A stretch of 64,000 bases of DNA from the IMG/VR virus record IMGVR_UViG_3300020049_005154, one strand, 5' to 3'. The DNA comes from an uncultured virus (IMG/VR IMGVR_UViG_3300020049_005154). Its lineage: Duplodnaviria > Heunggongvirae > Uroviricota > Caudoviricetes. The notes under the pieces were generated by a model that saw nothing but the letters and a program-made list of their open reading frames with translations, ran no database searches and was not told the origin of the DNA. Position 1 is the first letter of the stretch. Every line of letters starts with the position of its first letter. Both the position numbers and the translations under genes were made by a program. Shown piece after piece: positions 1 through 10,269 of this stretch.

Positions 1-1
1 C

Positions 2-268
2 GCTACTAGCGGGAACCATAGTCGCGGTGGTGGCAATGGCAGCGAGTACAAGGATGCCGTCAAGGTTCTTAACGCATCCATCAACCGTATGGCTGCTAAT
101 CAGGCGCTCTACCCGACTCAGGATGCCGTTGTTGCTCAGCTTCAGGCTGACATCGGTACATTTGGTGCGGCTGCCATTAAGTACATCCTTGAAACCCAGC
201 CTAACCCCAGCGCGATTCTTCTTAAGTGGTACGGCCCCAAGGCCGACTCTAACGGAACCCAGGGATAA
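2..268 (+). CDS. Hypothetical protein, 5'-truncated by the window edge (frame 2: ...ATSGNHSRGGGNGSEYKDAVKVLNASINRMAANQ...DSNGTQG*)
   Basis: Frame 2 is open to TAA at 266-268, uses phage-typical codons and ends 5 nt before groES. The listed 27..281 ORF is probably its shadow. Confidence 0.6.
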   Translation, partial: ATSGNHSRGGGNGSEYKDAVKVLNASINRMAANQALYPTQDAVVAQLQADIGTFGAAAIKYILETQPNPSAILLKWYGPKADSNGTQG

Positions 269-273
269 TACTA

Positions 274-624
274 ATGCCTGAAGTCTTCACACCCGCTGAA
301 GGTAAGCTACTGATTAAGCCTGATAGGGTGCCGGAGAAGACAAAGGGGGGTATTATCCTCCCGGCCACAGCAGAAAACAGCCACCGTCCTCTTAGGGGGA
401 CGGTGGTTGCTGTTGGCCCCGGTATCCGTGATCCGCGCACAGGGCATGTAACTGAATGTCTGTATAAGGTTGGCGATAAGCTAGTCTACGGACGTTGGGC
501 TGGTACTGAAGTTAACTGCTCTGATGATAAGTATTTCCTTATCAACTCAGGTGACGTACAGGGCGTAGTTACAGGTGAACCAGATGAAGAAAACTTCGGC
601 TCATGGGGTACTTACATCCAATGA
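274..624 (+). CDS. groES: Co-chaperonin GroES/Cpn10
   Basis: Motifs P..GKLLIK...EKTKGGIILP, GTVVAVGPG, KVGDKLVYGRWAGTEV and YFLINSGDVQGVV match the GroES pattern. Confidence 0.95.
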   Translation: MPEVFTPAEGKLLIKPDRVPEKTKGGIILPATAENSHRPLRGTVVAVGPGIRDPRTGHVTECLYKVGDKLVYGRWAGTEVNCSDDKYFLINSGDVQGVVTGEPDEENFGSWGTYIQ

Positions 625-857
625 TTAAGCTAACTGAAGCTGCACTTGAGCACGGTACTTATCGAGGCTCTAAGGGTCTTTGGTCCGTCGCTATTTCAAA
701 TATCGGTACTGCCGATGCCTCAGACTATAGGGGCAGTATCTGCCTTAACGGCAATCATGTCCAATTCCTGAATGTTAAGGGTGCTACCATTCAGGGCGTA
801 GAGCGGCAGATCAATGAATGGATTAAGACTCAGTGCGAGTCCTATCTAAGTGAGTAA
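621..857 (+). CDS. Hypothetical protein
   Basis: ATGA overlap with the groES stop; tightly coupled to the next gene. Confidence 0.6.
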   Translation: MIKLTEAALEHGTYRGSKGLWSVAISNIGTADASDYRGSICLNGNHVQFLNVKGATIQGVERQINEWIKTQCESYLSE

Positions 858-1482
858 AGGTGCCCGTGTCAAAGGCAACAAGTGGGAGCTAGGCACTGCT
901 AAGGGCTTTGCTAGCTGGCTACGTATCCCCATCCGCCGGACTCCTCTTTCCGGCGGATGGGGTAATGCCTCTACCAAGGCTGACCTTCTAACCCTTGAAC
1001 CTGATGCTGCTGATAAGTATGATGATCTAGTACATACCAGGATGGACGTATTCCGTAAACTGTTTGTGGAGTGCAAGGCGGTAGAGAGCATTGACCCTCT
1101 GCATTTGCTGACAGGCCAAGGAGTATTAGCTAACATCCTGATTAAGCTTGTGAAGAGTTCATCGGCTTCGGATACTTGCCCTGTTCTAGTGTGCAAGAAA
1201 AACTATCAAGAGCCCTTTGTATTGTTTGATATTAGGGGGCTTAGCTTGATTACTGAAGCTGATTACACTAAAGATAAGCCTAACCTTACCTTCAGATACA
1301 GGACTATTGAGTTTGCCTTCATCAAGCTAGAGTCTTTGTATCTCCTACCCCTACGGCCAGCCCTATGCCCAGAGTCTCCAAAGTCCGCCTTAACCAAAGA
1401 GCGTTCGGAGAAATCATTGACAGAGGTTTCTGGGTTGTTCCGTGTAAACCTACAGTTACCCCCCTCGACTACCAAGACATAG
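850..1482 (+). CDS. Holliday junction resolvase-like PD-(D/E)xK nuclease
   Basis: N-terminal KGARVKGNKWE, RRTPLSGGW, ADL and FVECK motifs are typical of phage Hjc-like resolvases. Confidence 0.8.
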   Translation: MSKGARVKGNKWELGTAKGFASWLRIPIRRTPLSGGWGNASTKADLLTLEPDAADKYDDLVHTRMDVFRKLFVECKAVESIDPLHLLTGQGVLANILIKLVKSSSASDTCPVLVCKKNYQEPFVLFDIRGLSLITEADYTKDKPNLTFRYRTIEFAFIKLESLYLLPLRPALCPESPKSALTKERSEKSLTEVSGLFRVNLQLPPSTTKT

Positions 1483-2237
1483 CTCCTCAATGTAAGCCGC
1501 TGGCTTGCTATGTTGGTATCCCTCTCAGCCCTACATTAGTTACTCGCCTAGGCGGAAGACTAGACCGCGTAAGTAGTTACTATAGGCAACTGTGCGAAAC
1601 GTACTGCACAGGAAGGAATAAGTATGCCCCTAAAGGCATCAGGCATATAGCATACAACAACATACGTTATTTGAATATGGGGGGTCAAGATTACACTAAT
1701 GAATTCTGGTGCCTGATTGACAGGGTATTGGCTAGTAGCATAGAGCACGTAGGCGGTAGGATACCTAGAGAAGAGAATGATCCTATCATATCCTTCCGTG
1801 GCTGCTCTATGAAGATGATACAATACACAGCAGGATTTGCTGTACCCTCTGTGTTCTTGTATCCTGTAACGCTAATACCTTGGTCGTGGTATACATCTTA
1901 CTTCATAGAATGGTCATGCTTGGAAGAAGCATACAAGGAGCCATGCTTAGACTATTTGAGATTCTGCCCTGATGCTCCTTCATTATACGCGCGAGGAATG
2001 GTAGGCATAGACTTAGCTACATATGCGGCGCACAGATCAGCAGGGCTCACACAAGTAACCAGGTACAGAGGGCTGCTAGACGCTGTGACAGGCAACATAG
2101 GTGAACGAGCACACAAGGTAGAGAAGACAGACTTTAGGAACATACTAGACTTAAGACCCGCAGAAAGGATAGTACATGACTTCAACAGTACCAGAGTTCA
2201 AAATCAATCTCTTTACGGTAGGACCGATCCCTCTTGA
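1365..2237 (+). CDS. Hypothetical protein
   Basis: 290-aa ORF filling the gap between resolvase and recombinase; overlaps both neighbours. Confidence 0.6.
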   Translation: MPRVSKVRLNQRAFGEIIDRGFWVVPCKPTVTPLDYQDIAPQCKPLACYVGIPLSPTLVTRLGGRLDRVSSYYRQLCETYCTGRNKYAPKGIRHIAYNNIRYLNMGGQDYTNEFWCLIDRVLASSIEHVGGRIPREENDPIISFRGCSMKMIQYTAGFAVPSVFLYPVTLIPWSWYTSYFIEWSCLEEAYKEPCLDYLRFCPDAPSLYARGMVGIDLATYAAHRSAGLTQVTRYRGLLDAVTGNIGERAHKVEKTDFRNILDLRPAERIVHDFNSTRVQNQSLYGRTDPS

Positions 2238-3369
2238 TAAGCCTTGGATCGGATATGCTAGAGTATCCACTAAGCGCCAGCATGAGCGTGGTATCTCTAT
2301 TGAAGACCAAGAGCAAGAGATAATCGCCTATTGCACTAAGCTGGGTATCCCTCTAGCTGGTGTGGTTAATGAGATTGCTTCATCTAAGAACATCAATGAA
2401 CGTCCGCAAATGAAGACAGTACTGTATGATATTTCCCAGAATAAGTATGCTGGTGTTATCAGTGTAGATATGAGCCGCCTTACTCGTAACGTCATTGACC
2501 AGCAAGTATTCATTGACCCGATCGGCAAGGCTGCGCGTATCAAGCTTACTAGGCATGAGTACAGAAATGCCAGTAGCGATGACTACCTAGCTAATACATT
2601 CAATGCAGTCATTGACCACAGCCAGAGGCTCAGGACTTCTATCGCTACCAAGAAAGCACTAGAAGCACATAGGCAGCAACGATACTATACACGCACCGGA
2701 TACGGTGTACCCCCGTATGTATACAGGCTAGAGGATTTGCCTAACGGTAAACAAAAGATGCACATTGATGACAAGTACAAGTTTGACTATCTACTAAACA
2801 GATACCTAGCTACTCTTGGGCTCCATATTGACCTGTGCGATGCTCTTACCTTTATGATGTCTGAGAAGGGTATTGGCAATATCACTGGTCGCCGATGTGA
2901 AGGCAGATTCACCTTACATATCGCGCTCTACTTTGAGCTTTTGCCCAAGGAGGAAGAGCATTGGTGCTTCCGGGTACGCAAGTACGATTACCGCCAATGC
3001 TATGACGCATACGACAAGGTAATCGAACAGCTTAAGCTGGATGGCAGGGAGAGTGAAGCTTGGAAGGTGCCGGTTCCAGAAACCAGGAACATTATCATTA
3101 AGCACTCTAAGACTTCAAGAAAAGCAAGGGCTAATTCAGAGGATACACCGTGGAGGAATCAAGTAGTTGCTTGGGATAAGGTCATTGAAGAGTTACCCCA
3201 AGCACTACTTGACGCTTTCATGCCATACTATCTAATCACTAACATCGCTCAATGCGCTAGGAAGTACAAGAAGGCTGCTTCCGAAGCTATAGCATTAAGA
3301 CCTATCTCTGCGAAGTATGCTGCTGCCGGTATGAGTCGAGTATCCGTGCCAAGGAGTCCTCAATCCTAG
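2176..3369 (+). CDS. Serine recombinase (resolvase/invertase catalytic domain plus a long C-terminal region)
   Basis: GYARVST(KRQ) catalytic Ser motif, SIEDQ, ASSKNINERPQM and DMSRLTRN. Confidence 0.9.
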   Translation: MTSTVPEFKINLFTVGPIPLDKPWIGYARVSTKRQHERGISIEDQEQEIIAYCTKLGIPLAGVVNEIASSKNINERPQMKTVLYDISQNKYAGVISVDMSRLTRNVIDQQVFIDPIGKAARIKLTRHEYRNASSDDYLANTFNAVIDHSQRLRTSIATKKALEAHRQQRYYTRTGYGVPPYVYRLEDLPNGKQKMHIDDKYKFDYLLNRYLATLGLHIDLCDALTFMMSEKGIGNITGRRCEGRFTLHIALYFELLPKEEEHWCFRVRKYDYRQCYDAYDKVIEQLKLDGRESEAWKVPVPETRNIIIKHSKTSRKARANSEDTPWRNQVVAWDKVIEELPQALLDAFMPYYLITNIAQCARKYKKAASEAIALRPISAKYAAAGMSRVSVPRSPQS

Positions 3370-3688
3370 CATTGTCCTGTAGCATACTCTGATACAGTGC
3401 ATCGTTGGTACTGATACTCTTATCGTTAGTTCTTTGATCGTGAAGCAGCAACCATTTCTGCATACCTACTAGCAGTTGATGCGTAATGATTAGTGACTCA
3501 TTAACTGCTACAAAAGACTGACTGTGTTCATTTAATTTTGTTGCGAACGTGGCGAAGATACGTTCATCTCGCTTATCTAGCCACGTCAGCAACAGCTTAA
3601 GGGCAGTACCGATAGCGGCAATTAGTGCTACGGTACTGCCCGTTCCTAGGGCTACTGTTCCAGGATTAAGTAAGTCTAAAGGCTGCAT
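3302..3688 (-). CDS. Single-TM membrane protein, holin-like
   Basis: N-terminal hydrophobic helix (TVALIAAIGTALKLLLTWL) followed by a coiled-coil tail; last gene of the late operon. Confidence 0.45.
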   Translation of the reverse strand: MQPLDLLNPGTVALGTGSTVALIAAIGTALKLLLTWLDKRDERIFATFATKLNEHSQSFVAVNESLIITHQLLVGMQKWLLLHDQRTNDKSISTNDALYQSMLQDNARIEDSLARILDSYRQQHTSQR

Positions 3689-3689
3689 G

Positions 3690-6600
3690 CTAGTTAAATA
3701 CCTCTCTATTAGCTATTTGAAATTCTCGGGCTAGTTTATTCTTCTGCTTGTTAAGCTCATCAATTGCGTCCTGCTTCTGCTTCCCTGTGAGCCGAGTATC
3801 TTCCCTAACCTTCTTAGCTCTCTCATTCAGGGCAGCTATACGCTTATTGACAGATAGCACTTTTCCTGCCAATGCTAGCTTCTCTTTGTTATCTTCCTTG
3901 AATTCTTTGGCTTGTTCATTCCGTCCAGTATCCTTATATTGCTGGTACGTATTATTGAGCCTTCTTACATCCTGCATCGTATCATAGAACTTGCTAAGAT
4001 ACTTCTCAGACCTAGGATCAGTAGGTGCTGTGATAGGTCTGATAGTAGCCCTATAAGCTAGTCCTGCTAAGCCACCACTGCTAGGAGCCTCACCAGGAAT
4101 AAACGGATTGAGCATAGCGTCCGTAGCTCCTAGGATATAGGCAGATGAAGTACCTAGGTATCCTCTCAGGAAGTGCTCCAGCCGCGCCGGGGATTCGAGC
4201 GCGTCGGGCACAAATGCCCCCACCTTCCCAAGCGTTTGCGCGACCGTCTTAGCCGTCTGGCTAGTCGCGGGGCCGTACTGCTCGCTCGGGATCAATTCTG
4301 CCTGTGCTGGCGTCACAATGGGCCTGTCCGTGAAGAAGGAGCGGTTAGCGAAATCCTCTACCAACGGCATCAATGCTTGCGGTACAGGGTTAACTTCTAG
4401 TGACTGCCCAACACCTGTAGCGTTCTGCTCTAAGAAGTGCATCAAGTCGCCCTTGTCTTCTCCAAAAAACAAACCAACCGCAGTATCGGCTAAGTTAGCT
4501 AATATAGAAAGCTCAAATGGCTTAGGCGGCATGAGGAAATCATGCCCCATTGCACCACCAAAAGGGATAGCCCAATAAGTTCTTTTCTGCCAATCCTCTA
4601 GCTTATCAAACTTTTCCCTGTTAGCTGTACGATTAAGAATCCCTAGCGCCACAGTGGCTATAGACATACCTAGCACTCTAGCTTTAATTCTAGACGCTTG
4701 TGCTGGCGTAACCATGTAACCCTTACCGCCAAGTGCAGCCCTAGTGGATTGGCTGAGGGCATCTAAGCCTGCAAGCCTAGGCTGAAGGAACGGGATCAAT
4801 GCTCTAGCTATCCTAATAGACTTCCAACCTGGTGTAAGGCTTCTATTAAGAAGCTTCCTAGCTGTCTCTATAGCGGCAGCTTCTCCTAAGCCTTCAGACT
4901 TAGCTCCCCTGTACTGCTGAAGGAATGAGGCTGCTTCCTCAGCACTACCAGCACGGTGCATCCAATCAGCCAAGCCGAATAACATCTGCTTCGGGCTAAG
5001 AGATTTCCGCTTACCATAGCCAAGTAGAGCCTCAGCCGTAGCTGTAGCCGAACGCTTGCCAGTAATGATAGAGTCCAAACTATCAGGTACAATATCATAG
5101 AAGCCGCCACCTAACACACCGGCAGCAGACAGTCTTAGTAATTCAGGATTTTCTCTAATAGCTCGAAACTGGTCCTGCACATATGAAGGAAAGATTTCGC
5201 CAACCGTTTGACCATAGCGAAGAAGCCCTGTATCCTTTCCGCCAGTGACTAGGAAGTTGTTAACACCCTCTCTAAAGAAGGCTCTCACTAGGTAGTCTGG
5301 CGTATTAACAACACCGGCACTGAGCACCCTCTTAGGAATGCCCATTAAGCGGATAAGCCAGTTAGACTCTTCCGGGCCTAGGTTCATCAATACATCCGAC
5401 AGCCCGTTATCGTCTACTTCATAGAAGACTTCCTTGCCCTTCTCGTAAAACTGTAGAAGCTTCTTGCCTTGGCCCTTAGCAAACTGGTCCTTAGCTTCTA
5501 GCCTCTTACCCATCCCTAGCTCTTCCATAGAAGTAGCCAGATTCCTTCTAGCTACATTCTCTAACCCAGCCCTATACATCTTATTGATCTGCCTAATAGT
5601 AGGCTCCAGGCTAGCATTATAGCCGCCCTTACCTTCCACAAACTCATCAATAGGAACCTTAAGAGGGCCAAGACCGCCCTTTGTCAATACCTTGTGCATG
5701 TCCTGAATACTAGCATCATCCTTAAGCTTGTCCAGACGGAAGTAATAATCATCCGCCGTATCGCCATAAGCATCAGGCACCATGCCAGTCTTAACGAGGA
5801 AGTCTATCGGCACCTTAGTAGACTTATCCCAATCAGCAGCTAGCTCCTCAAACTTGGTACTAATCTCCTCTACGGAGCGACCAGTCTTCCTAGCTACAAT
5901 CTCAGGATAAGTCCTAATGATGCTGGCAAGCTTAGACCTCTGAATGTCGGCAAGCTTGCCAGCATCCTGCCTAGCAAGTAGGCGCTTAGTGGGCACATAG
6001 ATTTCAAAAGCCTGCTTGGCTACAGGACCGATCTGGTTAAGCTCATGCACTATCTCCCCAACAGACTTTACCTTAGCTTGGGGGTTAACCTCATTGAACG
6101 GTATCGGCCTACCATTAGCATCAGCCGTAACGGGAGAGACTAGCAGATTAGTATGGGCAATAGAGGAAGCATTCCTTGCCATATGTATAGCGGCAACAGC
6201 AGAAGTCTCTACAGGCTTATCTATGCCCTGCTCTGCATACCTTAATTCATTGATGTCCGATAGTAGAGCCTTCTCTACCTTCAGCCCAAAGTTCTTATCT
6301 GCTACTGCCTTGAACAATCCCCTAAGCGTAAGCGGAGTATGCTTCTGCTCTCCGAACACATCAGATGCCTGAGCAAGTAGCTCTGCATCTACGTTACTAG
6401 GGAGGGCCATACTCTCCATGTCCTTCGTCCAGCCATCAAACACTTCAGGCGAAGAGATAAGGGAGTCGGTAAGTAGACTATTACCAGAGGGGAGAAGGTT
6501 AGCAGCATCCCTAGACTGCCTCCAAATAGCTCTAGCCTTATCCTCTCCCCCATACAAAGACTTAACAAATTCCCAGAAGTCTCTCATGTATAGCTTAGTG

Positions 6601-9600
6601 TATGCTAGCCCTCTGCCTAGCATACTATTCATATCATGCTCGCCGAAAGAATTAATCTCATGTCTAGCTAGGTTATCAACAAACCATTCATCGGGGTTCG
6701 TAAACCTATAGAGGTCAGCTAGCTCATCGGAAACATACTTGATATTAGTAGGCTTCTTGTAGTAGCTCTTAAGCGCGTCAATCCTACGCTGAATCCTAGC
6801 CTTAGCCATAGGATCAGTAGTCTCTTTAAGCAGTCCCTCATACTGCCCTATGGTTTCTACCAAGTCCTTCACATACCCATGCAGTGCTTCCCGCCTAAGC
6901 TTGGCAGGAAGGAACTTAGCAATAGGATGAAGGAACTCATGGATAGCGCCATACAGATCATTCTCAGACAACTTACGGGAAATAGATATGAGATTCTGGG
7001 TAGGCGAATAGAGCCCCTTCTGGTCAAGCCTAGAAGAGAACTTAACACCTAACCCATCCATTACAGGGGCTAGATGCTTGACTAGATTAGTAACAATACC
7101 CGCCTGCTTGTCAGATAAATAGCCGGTAAGACGCTCTCTTTCAATAGCTTCTAGTATCTGGGCAGAGCCCCTAGATACTGTATCAAAGCTATCTTCAAGA
7201 ATATCCCTAGCAAGCTGACCCTGATAAGCACGAAGGTTCTTAGACTCTTCCGGCGATAGCGGTAGAGCTAAGTCTGTGTCCTGTACTTCACCTTGGGGAA
7301 AAGGGTCACGAGCTTGCTTAAGAATAGCAGTCTTCGTTTCTACCTCCGCCGGAGGAATGCCCTGCTCAGTCCAACGCTTGTTAGCTTCGTCTATCCGCCT
7401 ACTAAGCTCGGCATCTACTGCATTACCTCTAGCAGCACCCTCAGTATCAGCAGCCTCGTTGAGAGCCTTAAGTAACTGAATGCCGGGCTCATCGCCATAC
7501 TGCTTCCTGATACCGATAGCCTTCTCGGCCCTAGTGACAGCAGCTTTAGCAGATGCAGAACTACGTAGGCTTTCATCTAACTGCTTGCCGATAGTCTCTC
7601 CAAACTTATTCCACACAGCCCAACGCGCTTCACTGGCCAAATCGGGGCTACCGCCTAGCCAGTCGTTAGCAACGAAGGATGTAGTAATAGCATCTACCAA
7701 GTCCTTCTCTAGCGTATCCAGCCTAGCAGCATGTTTATCTCCTGCTGCCCTGAAGTTCTTACGTAGGCTATTAATCTCTGCTGCTGTCTTGCCTCTAGAG
7801 TTAATCAGCCGCTCAAACCTAGCCTTGACTCCAGCCCAATCGGCAGCGATCTTACCCTTAGCGGAATCATACTGCGCATATAGCTCACCAATAACCCTAG
7901 CCTTACCTTCAACAGACTGCACCTTACGGGATACAGCCTCGCTAATGGTAGGCGCATCCTCCATGATCTTTGCAGACTCGGCAGGATTAAGTGCTGCCCT
8001 GGTAACAGCAGCTTCAACAGGTGCAGTACCTTCAGCGATAAGCTTCTCTGCACTGCTCTCCGCTTGTTGCTCCCTAGCTATAGACTCTGCACGCCTATCG
8101 TCTGCTAGGTCTTGCAGAGCTTTCTGCTTAGCCGCGTTAGCCTCTCTACGCTTAGCAAACTCTGCTTCCGTTTCATCCGCTGCCCTGATAATCTCCTTAT
8201 CGGCTTCAAGCTGAGCCATCCTAGCTTTTGCTTTAGCCACCTCAGCAGCAAAATCAACAGGGGGCTGGTTAAGCGCAGCAGACGATCCAACACTACCCGG
8301 AGGCACTATATCCTTAGCAACAGCAGGGTTAGCAGCGTTAACACCGGGCACAACTAGCCCAGGCTCAGGTGCCTGAGTAGTAGGATCAAACATATCCGGC
8401 GCTACCATATTGGCAGGTACATCTGGACCTTGCGGAGTACCTCTAACAGCCTCTAAATTCTCAGGTGTGTTAGCTACAGGCTTAACCCTAGGCTCAGGCA
8501 GATCAAGATTTAGCTGTCCATCCTCTGCCTCAATCTCTTTAGAGGCAGCATTGATGATAGCCTCCGTACCGGGAGCCGGAGTAGTATTAGCAGATAGCTT
8601 GTTGTTCTTAAGTTCTATGCTAAGAGTTCGATGCCCGTTAGCCTCCTTACCGAGAGTAGCCTTGGTAACATAGACTCCTTCTAATTCACCTTTAGCTCTC
8701 TTGGTATCTATGGCAGACTTAGCTATAGACAGTGCTGCCTGCTGCTTCAATCTAAGAATGCTGGCAGGTACACCTTCACTACGTATAGATACGTCAACTA
8801 CGGCATTGCCGCTATTATTGACTTTAGCTACCTGATTATCAATTGCATCGACTATAGACTTAGTATACTGTTTCCTCAGATTATCCTTAGCCTTTTTTAC
8901 TTCGGGCTTCTTAGCAGCATTTGGGTAAACAGCATCATAATACTCTTCCGCGTACCTGCCTATATCAGCAGCTTTATCTATAGATACTGTACCATCAGGC
9001 GCATCGAAAACTATTTCCTCAGTATCGGGAGCCAGAGGAGCATTAAGGGCTTCCTTCTCTGCCTTGTCAGCAGCAGCTTTACCTGCCTCTGTCTTTGCTT
9101 GCGCCCTACGCCTATTGATCTTGTTAACTTCAAAGTCGAAATCATTAGGAACATTAGTAGCCTTATTCATGCTCCTAAACTCAGCAGCGTTAATGATAGC
9201 AGGTAGGGCTACGGCAGTGCCTAGTTCTTCAGGCGTGGGGCTACGGCCCTCCGCCGCAGCTTGAAGAGTGACACCACCAACACTAAGCATAGCATCTTTA
9301 GCAATGATTTCTCCTGCTAACTTCATATCACCAGAGCGTAGAGCACCCTTAAGTAGCTCTTGACTGGCTTTGGGTAGTTCCTTAAACAATTCCCTAGCGG
9401 CAGCATCTCCGCCACCCCTAGTAGCTTGAAGGATACGCTGGGCAGATTCCATAGCAGCAGCAGTTTCACCGCCACCCATACCGCCAGCAATACCCTCAGC
9501 AAGTATGTTAGCATTCTCGGATAGGGCAGTAGATAACGGCTGCTTGGATGCAGAGACTACTTCCCTAGCCTTCTCGCCAAACGCCATTATCCTAGCCAGT

Positions 9601-10268
9601 GCAGCTTTCCTAGCTACACTAGACATGATACCGCCAGAAGCAGCATTAATAGCTATACCAGCAGTGGCAGGGATATCTTCCTTGGACAGGTTGCCCGTCA
9701 GAGCGCCACCGGGAATGCCTGTGGTGGGCAACGCTGCCGCAACGCCGCTGAGAGCCGCAGTTGTACCGCCAGCGAGCCCTAGAGCCGGTCCAGCCATCGC
9801 CACAGGCACAGCCGCACCGACCGCCCTTGACACACCTTCGCCGATCCCATACAGCGTAGAGGGGTCTTTGCTAGCTTCCTGTGCGGACCTAGTATAAGGG
9901 TCCGTAAACAGATTGACAAGGGGCACTAGGTCTGATGCAGCGCCAAGAATGGGAGACTTAGTAAGGTCAATAGGGTTAGCCGTAGCCTGGTTGATAGCTT
10001 CAGGCAATTCTCTAAAGCCTTGCTCTACTGCCCTATCAGGTAGCCCAAAAGTAGTGCCCTCATCATCAGACATAGGATCGAATCCTACTGCCTGCTGAGT
10101 AGCCTTGGCCCTCCTAGTAGCCTGTGCTTGCTGTGCAGCACCTAGAATATGCGGGTACTTCCTACCCACAATTTCTATAGCTTTACTCTGCCTCTCATCA
10201 GGCCCATTAGGACCGATAGAGTTATAGAGGTCAAAGAACTTCTGGACCTGAGTAGGTGAAATAGGCAT
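3690..10268 (-). CDS. Large polyvalent/internal virion (ejection) protein with a zincin HExxH motif and an LPD38-like C-terminus
   Basis: 2192 aa and Ala-rich. AIHEFLHP...DEWFVD zincin-like motif. C-terminal IPFLQPRLAGLD, DWQKRTYW, PKPFEL, ANRSFFTDRPIV and SPARLEHFLRGYLG match the LPD38-type pattern. Confidence 0.8.
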   Translation of the reverse strand: MPISPTQVQKFFDLYNSIGPNGPDERQSKAIEIVGRKYPHILGAAQQAQATRRAKATQQAVGFDPMSDDEGTTFGLPDRAVEQGFRELPEAINQATANPIDLTKSPILGAASDLVPLVNLFTDPYTRSAQEASKDPSTLYGIGEGVSRAVGAAVPVAMAGPALGLAGGTTAALSGVAAALPTTGIPGGALTGNLSKEDIPATAGIAINAASGGIMSSVARKAALARIMAFGEKAREVVSASKQPLSTALSENANILAEGIAGGMGGGETAAAMESAQRILQATRGGGDAAARELFKELPKASQELLKGALRSGDMKLAGEIIAKDAMLSVGGVTLQAAAEGRSPTPEELGTAVALPAIINAAEFRSMNKATNVPNDFDFEVNKINRRRAQAKTEAGKAAADKAEKEALNAPLAPDTEEIVFDAPDGTVSIDKAADIGRYAEEYYDAVYPNAAKKPEVKKAKDNLRKQYTKSIVDAIDNQVAKVNNSGNAVVDVSIRSEGVPASILRLKQQAALSIAKSAIDTKRAKGELEGVYVTKATLGKEANGHRTLSIELKNNKLSANTTPAPGTEAIINAASKEIEAEDGQLNLDLPEPRVKPVANTPENLEAVRGTPQGPDVPANMVAPDMFDPTTQAPEPGLVVPGVNAANPAVAKDIVPPGSVGSSAALNQPPVDFAAEVAKAKARMAQLEADKEIIRAADETEAEFAKRREANAAKQKALQDLADDRRAESIAREQQAESSAEKLIAEGTAPVEAAVTRAALNPAESAKIMEDAPTISEAVSRKVQSVEGKARVIGELYAQYDSAKGKIAADWAGVKARFERLINSRGKTAAEINSLRKNFRAAGDKHAARLDTLEKDLVDAITTSFVANDWLGGSPDLASEARWAVWNKFGETIGKQLDESLRSSASAKAAVTRAEKAIGIRKQYGDEPGIQLLKALNEAADTEGAARGNAVDAELSRRIDEANKRWTEQGIPPAEVETKTAILKQARDPFPQGEVQDTDLALPLSPEESKNLRAYQGQLARDILEDSFDTVSRGSAQILEAIERERLTGYLSDKQAGIVTNLVKHLAPVMDGLGVKFSSRLDQKGLYSPTQNLISISRKLSENDLYGAIHEFLHPIAKFLPAKLRREALHGYVKDLVETIGQYEGLLKETTDPMAKARIQRRIDALKSYYKKPTNIKYVSDELADLYRFTNPDEWFVDNLARHEINSFGEHDMNSMLGRGLAYTKLYMRDFWEFVKSLYGGEDKARAIWRQSRDAANLLPSGNSLLTDSLISSPEVFDGWTKDMESMALPSNVDAELLAQASDVFGEQKHTPLTLRGLFKAVADKNFGLKVEKALLSDINELRYAEQGIDKPVETSAVAAIHMARNASSIAHTNLLVSPVTADANGRPIPFNEVNPQAKVKSVGEIVHELNQIGPVAKQAFEIYVPTKRLLARQDAGKLADIQRSKLASIIRTYPEIVARKTGRSVEEISTKFEELAADWDKSTKVPIDFLVKTGMVPDAYGDTADDYYFRLDKLKDDASIQDMHKVLTKGGLGPLKVPIDEFVEGKGGYNASLEPTIRQINKMYRAGLENVARRNLATSMEELGMGKRLEAKDQFAKGQGKKLLQFYEKGKEVFYEVDDNGLSDVLMNLGPEESNWLIRLMGIPKRVLSAGVVNTPDYLVRAFFREGVNNFLVTGGKDTGLLRYGQTVGEIFPSYVQDQFRAIRENPELLRLSAAGVLGGGFYDIVPDSLDSIITGKRSATATAEALLGYGKRKSLSPKQMLFGLADWMHRAGSAEEAASFLQQYRGAKSEGLGEAAAIETARKLLNRSLTPGWKSIRIARALIPFLQPRLAGLDALSQSTRAALGGKGYMVTPAQASRIKARVLGMSIATVALGILNRTANREKFDKLEDWQKRTYWAIPFGGAMGHDFLMPPKPFELSILANLADTAVGLFFGEDKGDLMHFLEQNATGVGQSLEVNPVPQALMPLVEDFANRSFFTDRPIVTPAQAELIPSEQYGPATSQTAKTVAQTLGKVGAFVPDALESPARLEHFLRGYLGTSSAYILGATDAMLNPFIPGEAPSSGGLAGLAYRATIRPITAPTDPRSEKYLSKFYDTMQDVRRLNNTYQQYKDTGRNEQAKEFKEDNKEKLALAGKVLSVNKRIAALNERAKKVREDTRLTGKQKQDAIDELNKQKNKLAREFQIANREVFN

Positions 10269-10269
10269 G

